A stretch of DNA of 64,000 bases, taken from contig NC_092379.1 in NCBI RefSeq assembly GCF_030028105.1, positions 24,235,821 through 24,299,820 of the forward strand. The letters are read 5' to 3'. The notes below the pieces were generated by a model, which ran no database searches, was not told where the DNA came from, and saw only the letters and a list, made by a program, of their open reading frames with translations. The position numbers and the translations under genes were made by a program. Positions within the stretch are counted from its first letter, which is position 1. Each line of letters starts with the position of its first letter. The stretch is from Mobula birostris (Eukaryota). Below, one piece after another: positions 23,421 through 36,868 of the stretch.

Positions 23421-25749
23421 TTGTGTCATCTGTCCGGATCAGAATCATACTATACAAGACACCTATCAAACTGACTGAAGTGCGCTGGGGTGAAGATTGG
23501 AGCTGACACAAGGCAGATCTGCAGTGTGCTGCTTTGGAAGCGGGTGTGATTGCAGATATGTGGATTGCAAGGCTGCTGGTGTGGAGAGGAGAACCTGAGC
23601 TGGGTGTGCCAGCTTAGAGTAAATTTGTAATGAGGTAGCATTTTGATAATTGTAGAAAATGATCGATTGTGAATCATCAAGTCCTGTGAGACTGTCTGAT
23701 TTTAGTCTGTATTGTAGTAAGAAGATAAAATATCGGATAGTATGAACAACAGCTGAGTAATATTATTTATGCATAATTTGGCATCTGGTAGTTGCTGATA
23801 AAGTAGGCTGTGTTGCCATTCAAAGGGTAGGGTATTCAGAGGCAAACGTATTGATGGTGCAGTAGTCATAAACAGTCTCGAAGGGTAAGATTGAGAGATC
23901 TCCTTCCTTGTTGGACATCAGTAAAACTGAAAGTTCATCATTTCTAATGACTAGATTTTAAGAAAATACAAATTATTAAGATGCTGTACATCGCATCGCA
24001 GATCCAAATCTAATGCAGATCACTGTTGACTAAGTATAAAATTGATAGTTTTGTTGTGGTGGTATCTGTGGGCTGGTCACTTTCTCTCTGCACTAATCAT
24101 CTATATCCAACCTTGTCTCTGTACATTGGATAACTGTGACCATAGTGTCTTGACAAATATTTCTCCTTCAGTAACATCACCAGAACAGATAGTCTGATTG
24201 TTCTCACCTTGAAGTTTGTGGATTCTGTTGTGTGCAGAGTGTCTCCACATTCCCTAACCAACAGCAGGGCTGTATATTGATTGGAGTAGATTATGAAGAC
24301 ACGCAGTCCTCTTTTATTGTCATTTAGTAATGCATGCAGTAAGAAATGATACAATATTTCCTCCGGTGTAATATCACAAAAACACAGGACGGAACAAGAC
24401 TGAAGAAACTAACAAAACCACATAATTATAACATATAGTTATAACAGTGCAATAATACCATAACTTGATGAAGAACAGCCCATGAGCACATTAAAAAGTT
24501 CAAAGTCTCTCAAATGTCCCACATCTCACGCAGAAGGAAGAAAAACACTCCCAGCCATGCCCGACCACAGTCCGACTCTGAGTCGTCCGAAAACTTCGAG
24601 CCTCCGATCAGCTTTCCGACACCGAGCACCATCTCTCTCCGAACGATTGGATCTCATTCTCGGTCGCCAAAAACAGGCAGAACCAGGAATTTTGAGGCCT
24701 TCCCTCTGGAAGATTCTTGATTGCGCAGTATCAACAGCAGTGAACCTGCGTTTCGGAAATTTCTCCAGATGTTCCTCCGTGATTTCACGTCTGTCTCCAT
24801 CAAATCAGAATTGTCCACGGCCCCTATTTAACGGATACGATATCATTTTCTCCGGAGGGCTTCCCACGTGCGGGGCGCTGCTATCTCATCTCCCGCCTTA
24901 TTGCTTGTGATGTGCTCGGGACACCATGAAGTGTGTTATGTATACGTCAACAATTTATCCAACAATGACATTTACTGAATCACCAGCAACTCTGTAAATG
25001 AAGGAAAGCACTTGTTAAACAAATCCATTAGGGGATGGAGGCAGGCAACAAATTAGAGAGTTTAATCCTGGGATATTGCATATGCGTTTGTTGTTTCCTA
25101 TCAGGGTCCTTAAGCCGGAAATTACATGATGCGACTGACACCTACCTGAGCCCTAGGGATATTGAGCCATCAACCATTCCAGCAGATCATGTCTTTATCC
25201 GATTATCTTCAACGTGAATGCAGTGGACAGTGAAACTTGATCCCAATAACGTGACACTGTACAAATCCATTGCTGTCATTGACATAGATTAAGTGTAACT
25301 GTAATGAAAAGCTTCGCCACTAACCATGAGTTCTGTCGGTGCTGAGTATGAAGATTTGAACCAAACAGTCAGCTCACGCTGCAAAATCGTCTGGTGTCAA
25401 TGCGCAGTCAAGTGACAAGATCCGACATCATTCCCCTGCAGCCTGTTCCTAGTCTGTCGGCAGTTCACTGGTCAGCTGGAGTATGTATCCTTGTGCTGTT
25501 CCTGAGCTCTAGCGAACCTCAGTTAGTTCGGAGAGGTTCTTGTATGTGTTCTAAATATCACTGAGCTTTCACGTGATTCACAGCAATCGCCAACACCGTA
25601 AATTAATAAAATACAAACGGGTCAGGATAGAATTCAGAATATGGACTGAACTAAATTCACTTTGAACGTGTTTTTTTTCTGCCCAATATGCAAGGTAGTT
25701 ACACCGCTCAGTTTCCCCAGTCAGTTAATGTCGTAACTTCACTTGCCTG

Positions 25750-28700
25750 TGTTACGTAACCCGTAACTGGGTTGCCAAACCAACAGAAATGGATCGCTCA
25801 GTTGGAGTCTGGATTACTAGAACTAAGAAAGTTTTATTAAAGAAACAAGCAACACAGTAATCGAAAGGATAATAAATGCAACAGTGCAGCAATGATAAAC
25901 ACACATGTGCACAGAATTAAGTTAACAGGATTAATCAAGCTCTATCGTTGTCTCGGGGTAAATGACCAATTTCAAAGTGACACACAAAGTCCAGTTCAAT
26001 TTAGTTCAGTTCGCAGTAATCGTTGCCATGGCGATGGGCAATGTGGGGGGAGGGAGAGTGAGAACGAGAATGACTGATCATTCAGAACGGCTTCCACTCA
26101 CAGACCGGCGATATTGCTCATACGCAGCTTTCGGGCGGGTCCTTTCTGATGTCACCTGAGGTCACCGACTGTGAGCCCTCCTCCAGATGCGGTCGATCCT
26201 CTGCAGTGAACCCGGCACCCAAGCGAGGGTGGACACACACCGGGTTCCCGCTGATCGTACTTTTCCACCCTGTGCGTTTGTGGCCCGGTACTTCCCACCG
26301 ACTCGTGAGAGGCGCACCGCTTCCAGGGTCTCGTTACCTCGAGTGTCGTGTGTGGCCTGCCTTAGCGAACCTGTCCCTTTTTATCCCCCTACTGGGGTAT
26401 CGCCTGTCCATCATTTCAAACAGTTCAGGGTTCAAAGTGACGGGGGTGGGGTGTGGCGCTCTAGACAGCTCTCTCCCCCGTCCCTTCATTACACATCTCC
26501 AGATCGCCTGTCCATCACTTCAAACAGTTCAGGGTTCAAAGGGGGAGCCGCTCTAGACAATATCCAGACTGATGGCTCCTTCATTAACATCTCTAAATTG
26601 TTCCTCCTCTCTCCCGACCTGAGGACAGGTGGCAGACCAACTGCTGATGCCACTGTTGCTAGCCCAGGCCAGCAAACATCTTAATTTATGTGTATTCTCG
26701 TCACACTTACCCCTTTAAGTATTTTTACCGGGGTGAAAATTACAAACATGAGTACATTATTTGATACACACAAATATACATCTTTATCAGTTATTTGGCT
26801 AATACAGAGAATTTGAAGTTGTGAGCACCTTGACAGACAGCCAGTAATCACATTTTCCGTCCCTTTTATATGTGTTATTAACAATCCCTTAAACCAGGCT
26901 CCAACTCAGTAAACTTCATAGTGGCCAAAAACACTGATGAATTGCGATCAATGTAACCTCTCATTTGGTTTTGTCCCGGACCACAATAACAAGGGTCGTC
27001 CCATTCCGACTCAGTTTTCTCTCGCAAGGGCTTAGTAGGAGGGGGAGAGGTAGTGACCGCAGAGTTATTGCAAAACTTCCTACACTACCCCACCTTCTCC
27101 AAGAGCCTTCTGAGGGTCCTCTTGTCTGTCGGGGTTGGGAGGTCAGCGATAGCCTGCACTGTGGCTTGCATCGCTGCCTGTTGCCCCTGTGTCACCACAA
27201 TTCCCAGGTAAGTGACCTTCGCGTGGCCGAACTCATTTTTTTCAAAGTTCACTATTAAGCTGGCTTCAGACAGCCGTATTAAATTGCCAATACACACCTC
27301 TGTGTTCATCAGCCCTTTAGTCACTGAATTGCTCATTATATATGGATGTTGCTTGCTAGGCTCCCCTATTCTAACAGACACCCCGCAACGTCTCAATTCT
27401 TTGCATCGCCTCGGGATGATCAAACACACGGGTGCGAGTCGTTAAATTACTTCTTCTAAAGAGCCGCTTTGTTTGGGGATTAAGGGAGAGACCTTATCAG
27501 TAGACCTGGCCAAAACAATAGCCTTCTCCCATCTGATCGAACCCATACTATTCTTTTCAAACTGTTTTTTTTTTCTCTTATCAGGGGGCCCCTAGTTTCA
27601 TTGATTTCCACGGTAACACCGACTAGGTTTGTTAGCATATCAAAAGCCTGTGACCGTCTCAGTTCGCGTCGGTCATGATCAATAACATCCTTCCCCCTGT
27701 GCAGACGGTAAACCTCTTTCATGATTCCACCAACTGTTTCCTCCAGCACCGCAAAATGTCCACCGGGGGGGGGGGTACCTCGTGGGCCATGTTAAAAACC
27801 TCATCCCCATAACCCTTTTGCACCACCCCCCACTCCTCATCTGCGGGCACTGTACTTGGTTTCCCTTGCTTCCTTAGCACTTCCTCCCCCACACAATAGC
27901 CTACTAGTTCCCTTGTCAAGTCTGTGTTAGAGAGAACTGTCCCTGCCGAAACCATCAGCCCCTCGTCTCGCTCCTGCGTCTGCACAAATTCTTTCCTGGC
28001 TACTGCTACGTCTGTCCCAGCTCCCTCACTACCTCTTGTCTCACCACACTCCTTCTTTTCATTTTCTACCCCCTTCTCGTACAAGGTTGGCAGAAACGTT
28101 TCAGCTAAATTTACCACCGCAGCTAAATTCGCTACCGCAGCCCCATGATGAACCTGTGAGTCCATGGGCGGAGCCTCACTGCTGGCAGGCGGACCTGTCA
28201 ATCTCACGATTGGGAACACGATTCCCCGGCGACGTCATTACCGAGCAAGACTTCCACGCCTTTCATCGGTAATTCGGACCTCACCACGATCGTGACTAGT
28301 CCAGAGACCAGGTTGCTTTGTAAGCGTATCTGTTGCAAAGGGACTGACTGTGTCCCTTCCCCAACACCTTTGACCTCTACCTCCCCAGTCTGGGTCTCTG
28401 AGCTAAACTCTAATACACTTTTCAGTATTAGTGACTGAGACGCTCCCGTGTCTCTCCAGATCCGCACTGGAACTGCTTTTAACCCCTCATTCACTGACAC
28501 CAATCCTGCCGAGATAAACCTCTCGCGCCCTTCCTGAACTTTGGCAGACCTGTCCTTCCCTAGCGGTTCGCTTAACAGCTCGAAACAGCCATTCAAAATC
28601 GCTGCCTTCCCTTTTCCTGTTTCCTTCTTTGGGATAAAGCACCTGGACGCAAAGTGTCCGACTTTCCCGCAATTATTACAGAAGACCCCAGGAGACATCC

Positions 28701-30759
28701 TACCAGACTGCTCCCGGTCTACCTTATCCTTGTCATTAGTCCCCGGCTTACTTTCTGACTTTTCCGGCGGACTCTCCCCGCCGTCCTGACTACCCTTCTG
28801 GTAGCCTTTACTCGGGGCAAACTTCATGTTATGCGTCAACGCATACTCATCCGCTAACTTAGCAGTTGCGGCTAACGTGTCTGCCTCTTTCTCATCGAGG
28901 TAGGGTCTCATACCCTCAGGGACACAACTTTTAAACTGCTCAATCACGATCGGCTGTAGCAGTCTATCATAATCCCCCTCTACCCCTTTTGAGGCGCACC
29001 AACGCTTACAATATGCCTGCATCTCACGGGCAAACTCCAAATACGTGCGGTCCCACTGCTTCCTCGCATTCCGGAACCTCTGCCGGTATGCCTCCGGGAC
29101 CAACTCATAGATCCTGAGGATGGCCTCTTTCACCACCTCATCCCTCTAGGCATCTTCCGCGGACAAAGCAGAGTAAGCTTCTTGGGCTTTCCCTTTCAGT
29201 ACACTCTGAAACAAAACCACCCACTTATCCCTCGGCCAGTCCTGACTTATAGCCACTTTCTCGAAATGGAGAAAGTACCGATCCACGTCGGTATCGTCAA
29301 ATGGGGGAACCAGACTAACCTCCTGGATCGTGCGGAACCCTCCACCTTGGTTCGGAACGAGCCTCTGCTCGGCCCTTATCTTTAACTTCTCCAGCTCAAA
29401 TTCCCTTTCCCTCTGCCTCTCTCTCTCTTCTCGCTCCCATTGCCTCTCTTTCTCTTCTCTCTCCAACTGTCTCTCTCTCTCTTGCCTTTCTACCTCTCTC
29501 TCCTTCTCTTCTCGCTCCAACTGTCGTACCGGAACTCGTGCTCGAGTCTCAGTTTTTCGAGCTGCACCTGTACCGTGTCTCCAGCAGGTTTTTCAATAGA
29601 CACCATACCCAGCTCGCCTTGGGGAAACACACCTTGAGATACATAGTGCTCTACAATATCTCTGTGTATCTCCTCTCTTCTCATTGTCGACTTCCCCTTA
29701 GCAAGATTCAACCGTTTGGCCACAGCTACCAATTCCGATTTCCTGGCATCCTCTAATGCCTCCAAGGTCGGCGCCTTTATAAATTCCTCAGCCTCCATTT
29801 CTGCTGTTTGTCTTTTCTTTCTTTCGGGAATTTTAACCCAATCAATTTACTCCGTCCCCAAATTTAGCGTTCAAAATCGCGGACGAGAAACCCACTTATG
29901 TTACATACCCCGTAACTGGGTTGCCAAACCAGCAGAAATGGATCGCTCAGTTGGAGTCTGGATTACTAGAACTATGAAAGTTTTATTAAAGAAACAAGCA
30001 ACACAGTAATCGAAAGGATAATAAATGCAACAGTTCAGCAATGATAAACACACACGTGCACAGAATTAAGATAACAGGATCAATCAAGCTCTATGGTTGT
30101 CTCGGGGTAAATGACCAATTTCAAAGTGACACAAAGTCCAGTTCAATTTAGTTCAGTTCGCAGTAATCGTTGCCATGGCGATGGACAATGTGGGGGGAGA
30201 GAGAGAGAGAACGAGAATGACTGATCATTCAGAACGGCTTCCACTCACAGACCGGCGATATTGCTCACAAGCAGCTTTCGGGCGGGTCCTTTCTGATGTC
30301 ACCTGAGGTAACCGACTGTGACCCCTCCTCCAGATGCGGTCGATCCTCTGCAGTGAACCCGGTACCCAAGCGAGGGTGGACACACACCGAGTTACCGCTG
30401 ATCGTACCTTTCGACCCTGTGCGTTTGTGGCCCGGTACTTCCCACCGACTCGTGAGAGGCGCACCGCTTCCAGGGTCTCATTACCTCGGGTGTCGTGTGT
30501 GTCCTGCCTTAGCGAACTTGTCCCTTTTTATCTCCCTGCTGGGGTATCGCCTGTCCAGCGCTTCAAACAGTTCAGAGTTCAAAGGGGGAACCGCTCTAGA
30601 CAATACGCAGACAGATGGCTCCTTCATTAATATCTCCAAATGCTGCTTCATTGTTCCTTATCTCTCCCTCCCCTGAGGACAGATGGCAGATCAACTGCTG
30701 ATGCCACTGTTGCTAGCCCAGGCCAGCAAACATCTTAATTTATGTGTATTCTCGTCACA
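25750..30759 (-). mobile_element. Gmr1-like Gypsy LTR retrotransposon, copy B
   Basis: LTRs at 25750-26705 and 29899-30759; TSD CCTG (25746-25749, 30760-30763). Confidence 0.93.
27085..29798 (-). pseudogene. Fragmented gag/SCAN/protease/IN/RT region of Gypsy B
   Basis: Split across ORFs 29490-29798, 29146-29520, 28204-29136, 27719-28219, 27480-27749 and 27085-27429. Confidence 0.85.
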
Positions 30760-31040
30760 CCTGTCACATACAATAATCTCAACACGTGTGAACATGATGC
30801 TTTTTGCGGACCGGCAACAGCTGCAACCTAGATTTCCATCCTAAGCTCAGCACTTCCCGGCGTGTGGATTAGAGAGGCTGCTTTAGTGTTTGCCATCCAC
30901 CAGAAACACAGTCAAATTGTTTTGGGCTTTTCACTGCCTAGAAGTGGCAATATGGCATACTAGTCGATCAAGTTTTCTTCCTGACAAAGCTAAAAAAAAT
31001 TGGCCTGTCCCCTAAAACCCTCACTACTTTTTTTTTTTTA

Positions 31041-31590
31041 GATGCACCGTAGAAAGCATTCTTCTAGGGTGCATCACAAGCTGGTATGGAAGTTGTCCTG
31101 TCGAAGTCCGAAAGAAGCTGCAGAAGATAATGAACACGGCGCGGCACATCACACAAACCAATCTTCCGTCCTTGTACTCACTTTACACCGCACGTTCTCG
31201 GAGCAGTGCTGCCAGAATAATCAATCTACGACCCACCTAGCCAACACACTTTTCGTCCCTCTTCCCTCCGGGAGAAGGCTCAGGAGCTTGAAGACTCGTA
31301 CGGACAGATTTGTGAACAGCTTCTTTCCAACTGTATAAGACTGCTGAACGGATCCTGACCGGGATCTGGGTCGTATCCTCCAAATATCCTGATACGCCTC
31401 TAGTATGTTTTTTTTTTTGTTTTTGCACTACCTTACTTTCTATTTTCTATTTATGATTGATATATATATAATTTTTTTAATATTTACTATCGATTTGTAC
31501 TCCAGAGAGCGGGAAGAACAGAATCAAATATCGCTGTGATGATTGTACGTTTTATTATCATTTGTTTGGCGACAATAAGGTATAAAGTAT
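31041..31590 (+). mobile_element. Rex1/Babar LINE 3' fragment (copy B)
   Basis: Paralogue of 16453-17000. Confidence 0.8.
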
Positions 31591-32298
31591 GATTTGACTC
31601 TGGAAAGCAGTAACGCGAAGATTAAGTAGTCTGCCTGCGCTGCTCGTCTGTCGGGACCCAGATTCTGTTCAGCTCCCCACCGCCGTGGTCTATATCCCGG
31701 TGCTTCACCGTAGTTCACAAGCCGCCTTTATCCCATCCAGCCCGAAACAAGTTGAATCCCCGAGTCAGTCAGAGGACACCTGAAACTTCCGGCCCCTCCC
31801 TTCTGTGCCTGGGTGTCCCACGCAATGACTCTCGATCTTGGCCATCCTTGTCCTGACATAGAGAGGATATGATCAAACGGGACATTTCACTGGGCTTCCA
31901 TTGAGAGCTGTTCCTTTGTTGTACCGTTCGCTTCCAAACAGATCGCCAGTGGAACCTTTATCTAGACCTAGATTATGCACTCGAAACAGATTTATGGGTC
32001 CCAGTGTAACGTCCGGCGTAAACACCCGAGTAGCTCAATTTAGATATGTTTGTTCTTTCGTAGCATCTGCGCGATGGCCGGTACCTTAACAAGTATGTAG
32101 GTGTCACCATACCCAACGACACTTGGCTCCGAACTGCAATGTGATGTAATCCTCTGAACCCCTCGATCCAGCACTTCCTTTCTCACAACATGCCTTCCCT
32201 TGCGTGGACGACCGACCCTGTCCAGAAATATTGGGATCGAGCTCTGACGATCACTCTTGCCCTTTCCCTCAGCGTTCCAAGGGCAAGTTCTCTCGGTG

Positions 32299-32337
32299 GG
32301 TTTTTGTCTCGGCCCAGTCCCAATCTCTTTTACTGTG
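32299..32337 (-). other. 23-RSS of V-B
   Basis: CACAGTA (32331-32337) + 23 nt + ACAAAAACC (32299-32307). Confidence 0.93.
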
Positions 32338-32789
32338 CCTCTCGCACAGTAATAGGTGCCCGTGTCGTCTAGTCTCAGGTTGTTCATTTGTAGATAAAAT
32401 TTGCTGTTGCTCTTGGAAGCAGTGAACCGACTCTCGACTCCAGGCGCGTAATTATTTCTATATTGACTATAATAACATACCAACGATTCTAGCCCTATCC
32501 TAGAGACCTGTTTCATCCAGCACATGTAGTAGTCGTTGATATTGAAACCACTAACTGCACAGGACAATCTGTGCGACTCTCCGAGCTTTGCCACTTCTGA
32601 GTCGAGTTGTTTCAGCCGGACGTCGGACCGCACGTCTGACAATAAATAGAGAGTAGAAATTAATAAAATGTTGCGGCAACATAGTTTCCAATGCTCCGAA
32701 AAGCCGCCTAACCCAGATGGGTGGCAGGCCGCTGGACATGTACCTGCCAGACAAGACAAGAGAAGACAGACAGAAAGAACGACATCCAT
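32338..32789 (-). CDS. IgH (IgW-like) V gene segment V-B, open frame; leader exon 32744-32789, V exon 32338-32635
   Basis: Same exon/intron structure as V-A; conserved Cys22, Trp36, YYC and 23-RSS. Confidence 0.93.
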
Positions 32790-32906
32790 CGTGCTGTGCA
32801 CTGAGTCGGACTTCTGAAAATGGCGTTTCAGCTCAGGCCGGATTTACCGCGAATAGAAGTGAGCGCTGATTAAATAGAGAGATTGATTGTGAGTGAGAGA
32901 AGAAGC

Positions 32907-32928
32907 CGCAGCTTGAACAGGCTCTCAC
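32907..32928 (-). promoter_or_regulatory. Conserved 22-nt V-promoter motif (V-B)
   Basis: Identical to 18323-18344 and 49486-49507. Confidence 0.55.
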
Positions 32929-33509
32929 CCACTGTCACCAACGGCGCAACTTCCTGTCCCCGCCCCAGCAGAGATATAATTTCTCTAAAAGATATTTGCC
33001 TCTATACATGAGTCAGGGCAGCAGCAGTGACAGACCCGGATTGCGGATCTGTCACTCTCTGTGAAATGATGAACTCCAGCGTTCGGAAATATATTTCAAC
33101 TGAAATGCAGAGAATCCCAGCGGGAACGAAAGAGAGGCACCGTCAGCTGATAAATATCCCACTGGGAGACAGAGACAGAGGGACGCCAGTCAGTGGACAA
33201 ATATCCCCCAGAGACAGGGACTGAAAGACACTAGTCAAGAAGTTGCAGATGGGTGAAAGAGGAATTGGCTGGAATTGACTGGAAGTGAATAGTGGCAGGG
33301 ATGGCGGCAGAGCAGCAATAGCTGGAATTTCTGGAAACAATTTGGAAGGTAAAGGATGCACAGACCGCAAACAGGAATAAGCATTACAAAGGGAAGATAA
33401 CACATCCGTGAATAACAAGACGTCAAAGACAACATAAGAGCCTAAGAAGTAGGATATCAAGGAGCATATTGTGGTAAATTTACAGATTGGGAATCATTAA
33501 AATAACAAC

Positions 33510-34941
33510 AGGAGGCAACTAAATGCCATTAAGAATGTAAAGATGGGACAATTTACTCCACTCTACAAGAACGAAGAAAGGCAGAAGCAAATAGTAACCA
33601 TTTAGTCTGGCCTAAACGGTTGGAAAAAATATTGGAGCCGATTGTTCATGCTGTGATTTTAGGTTATTTAGAAGCACATGCTAAAATAGGTCGTAGGTAG
33701 CGTGATTTTTTTTAAGGGAAATGCTTGTCAGACAAATGTGTTGCAATTCTTGAAAAAAATAACATGCAGGATTGACAAAGGAAAATTGTTTGATGTTGGG
33801 CACATAGCATTTTAGAAGGCCTATGACAAGGTGCTACACATGGGCTTCTTAGCAACGTTCGAACACATGCTATTACAGGAAAGTTTCAAGCATGGATAAA
33901 GCAGTAGCAGGTTGGCAGGATGGAAAAAATCAGAATAAAGGGACCCTTTGCTGGTTGGCTGCCGGTAATTAGTGGTCTTCACAGGGGTCTGCATTGGGGC
34001 CAAAAATTATAAGGTAAACTATGAATGATGTGGATGGACTTGTCCTGAAGTTTCTAGACGATACTTAGGTAAGCAGAGGGACAGGTAGTTTTGAGGAAGT
34101 AAACAGTCTGCAGAAGAAATTGGAGGGATTCTCAGAATGGTCAAACAAGTGGCAGTTGGAATAAAGTGTGGGGAAGTGCATGGTCAAGCACTTTGGTAGA
34201 AGAAATGAAAGGGTTGACTATTTTCTGAATGGAGAAAAAGCAGAAAGATCTCAGGCGCAAAATGATTGCGAAACAGCTTCACTAAAAGTTACTTTGCAAG
34301 TTGAGTCTTTGGTGAGGAGGCAAAATGCATTCTTATCAAATGGAATAGATTATAGAAGCACGGCTGCTATTTTCAGGCTTTATAAAGCATTGCTAAGGCC
34401 ACACGCAGAGTTTTCTGATTCCCCCGATTTTCGATTGGGTATGCTGAAACTGGAGGCGGTACCGCGGAGATACACAAATATAATTCCAGTATTGAACGCC
34501 ATGTCATATGCAGTGCTTTGGCTTGCTCTGGGCCTGTATTCACTGGAATTCAGAAGAATGAAGGGTGACCTCTTTGAAATTTTTCGAATGGTGATGGGTG
34601 ATGACAGAGTAGATGCGGAGAGGATGTTTCTTTGAATGTCTCAGAACAGAGGAGAATCCCTCAGATTGGCATCCTTTTAGAAAGGAGATGAGGAGGATTT
34701 ACTTTTGCCAGAGAGTTGTGAATCTGTAAAGTACATTGTCCCAGGTAACTGTGGATTCCACGTCTTTGTGTATATTTAAGAAAGAAATTAATAGATTCTA
34801 GATTGGTAAGGAGATGAAGGGATACCAGGAAAAGGCAGGGAATTGGGGCAGAGAGGGAAAACCGATATGTCATGATGAAATAGTGGAACAGACCCGGTGG
34901 CTTAAATGAGCTAATTCTCCTCCACTATCTCATGGTCTTAT
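33510..34941 (+). mobile_element. CR1 LINE 3' part (copy B)
   Basis: ORF 34168-34635: GKCMVKHFGRRN...LGLYSLEFRRMKGDL. Confidence 0.85.
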
Positions 34942-35954
34942 GATCAGTACATAAATATCACCCGAAGAGACAAGGACTGAGCGAGACCAGTCCTTAAACG
35001 GATATCCAACTGAGAGACAGGAACCAAGAAAGTTAGCAGTGGACACATATCTCCCAGATATACGGGGACGTAGACAGCAGTCAGTGGGCAGATATGCCTC
35101 TGATAGACAGGGGAAAACACACAAATGTCAAAGGGCAGATGTCCTCCTTAGGGGCATGGTCTAAGAGACAGCGTTGTATACCGGAAGAAAAATGTATTCA
35201 GGAACAAAAAAAAATAACATGCAATCTTCTGTCCTTACCCATATCAGGCGAAGCAAAATTAAGCACAGGTCCCTGGGTGAAAATGGTTGTAATATAGACG
35301 GATAAGAAATATTCATTTTCAGAGACCTGACAGCATTATTTTCACCGCCAAGCACTATGCACGTACACCCTAACCAGTGTTCGAAATCTCTTTGATATAT
35401 TTCAGCCGATGAGAGAAGCATAACGTTTGATGTATGGAGCTCAGGACCCAAATATGAGATGTAGTTGTTGCTGGTAACAGTACACTTCTCAGATGATTTG
35501 CAGACAAGCTAGGCTTCTCCGTTGTTGAAAGGAAACTCACTTTAGAGGGCATTCAAGTTGTAGATCAGTAGGGTGGGTAATTCTCTTTATCCAGCCTGCT
35601 GATGGCAGTACTGCGAGTACAGATATTGTATTCGTACTCAAATATAAACTGCACTGATAGACTTAATAGTCGAACCAACGCTCAATAGTGACTCAGTAGC
35701 ATTTTTGACTTAATGACAAACTGTAGTCACGGATGGAAGGTGCCACCCACATTACAAATAGCATATTCTCTTAAACAACAGTGAAATATAGGCACACAGT
35801 GCTGCTGGCTGAGGGGTCAATGCTCTACTGATAGTGGGAATTCTGCAAATCTTTAACATCCAGTTGATACACTAACCCATCATGACAGGAATCAAGCTAG
35901 TGAACATTATACTTTCCTCCAAAAGGACGATACATTTATCGAGGGATTGGAGGC

Positions 35955-36430
35955 TTAGGTCTTAGCTGGAGTCAGGACATAGTGCCTTGATCTTGGTCGG
36001 GTCACCCATGCCAAACAGGTCAAAGGGTAAAGACCATATTAAGAGTGGTCCTCTGATTTTCTAGATTCGGAGGTTCAGCCCAAGGCTAAGAACCCTGAAT
36101 GCTCAGAAACAAATTGTTCCAGAAAAAGGAGGAATCCTTCTATACCTCTGTCCTTAGTCTCAACCAGGGGTTTGCATGACTGAAAAGAGTGAAAAAGGAG
36201 AGGAATCTACTGGCAAGACGAAGGAAGCCCTGACCAACACGAAGATCAGGAACGAAATTGTTTTTTCGCAGTGTAGAAAGCAGTAGCCGCCGGAAGATCG
36301 CAGTGCCGTAGGGACAACAATGAGGACCCTGTATGTCACTTGGGGCATTATAGATAATTTGACCAAGGACCGAAAAAGATAGAGCACCTTCATTGCTGGC
36401 ATAAACGACAGCAGCGCAACAGGTAGCACT
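35955..36430 (+). mobile_element. RTE-derived element, copy B
   Basis: Paralogue of 21380-21860. Confidence 0.5.
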
Positions 36431-36868
36431 TAACTGAATTTCACTCAATACATACCTGTATTATTGTTTCTGTTGGGAATCGTACATAGTGTCTATATTT
36501 CTGCCGTTTATCGCAGACTTTTCTTTTGCATTTGCTGTCATGAGAGTGTGCCTCGTGCTTGTCCGGATTAAAACCTCATTTGCTACATCTCCACTCAAGT
36601 GATCTATGTCTTGTAGAGTCCTTGTGACATTATTCATCGTTAATCAAAACTCTGCAATATGTTTCTGCAATGTGCAAACCTAATCAGCTACCGTATATTT
36701 TTGTGCAAAAAGATTTCATATACAGTGCCTATAAAACGTATTATTCCTCCTTGGAACTTTTCGTGTATTATCGCTTTGAAACATTGAATCACAATGAATT
36801 TAGTTTGGCTTTTTTTATTTGGCGGGGAGGGGGGACTGATCAACAGAACGAAAAAAAAATATTTTGTT

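Larger units (their letters stand above)
21888..36449. repeat. 14.6-kb tandem segmental duplication, copy B
   Basis: Collinear with copy A; the V exon differs at 9 of 298 nt. Confidence 0.97.
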
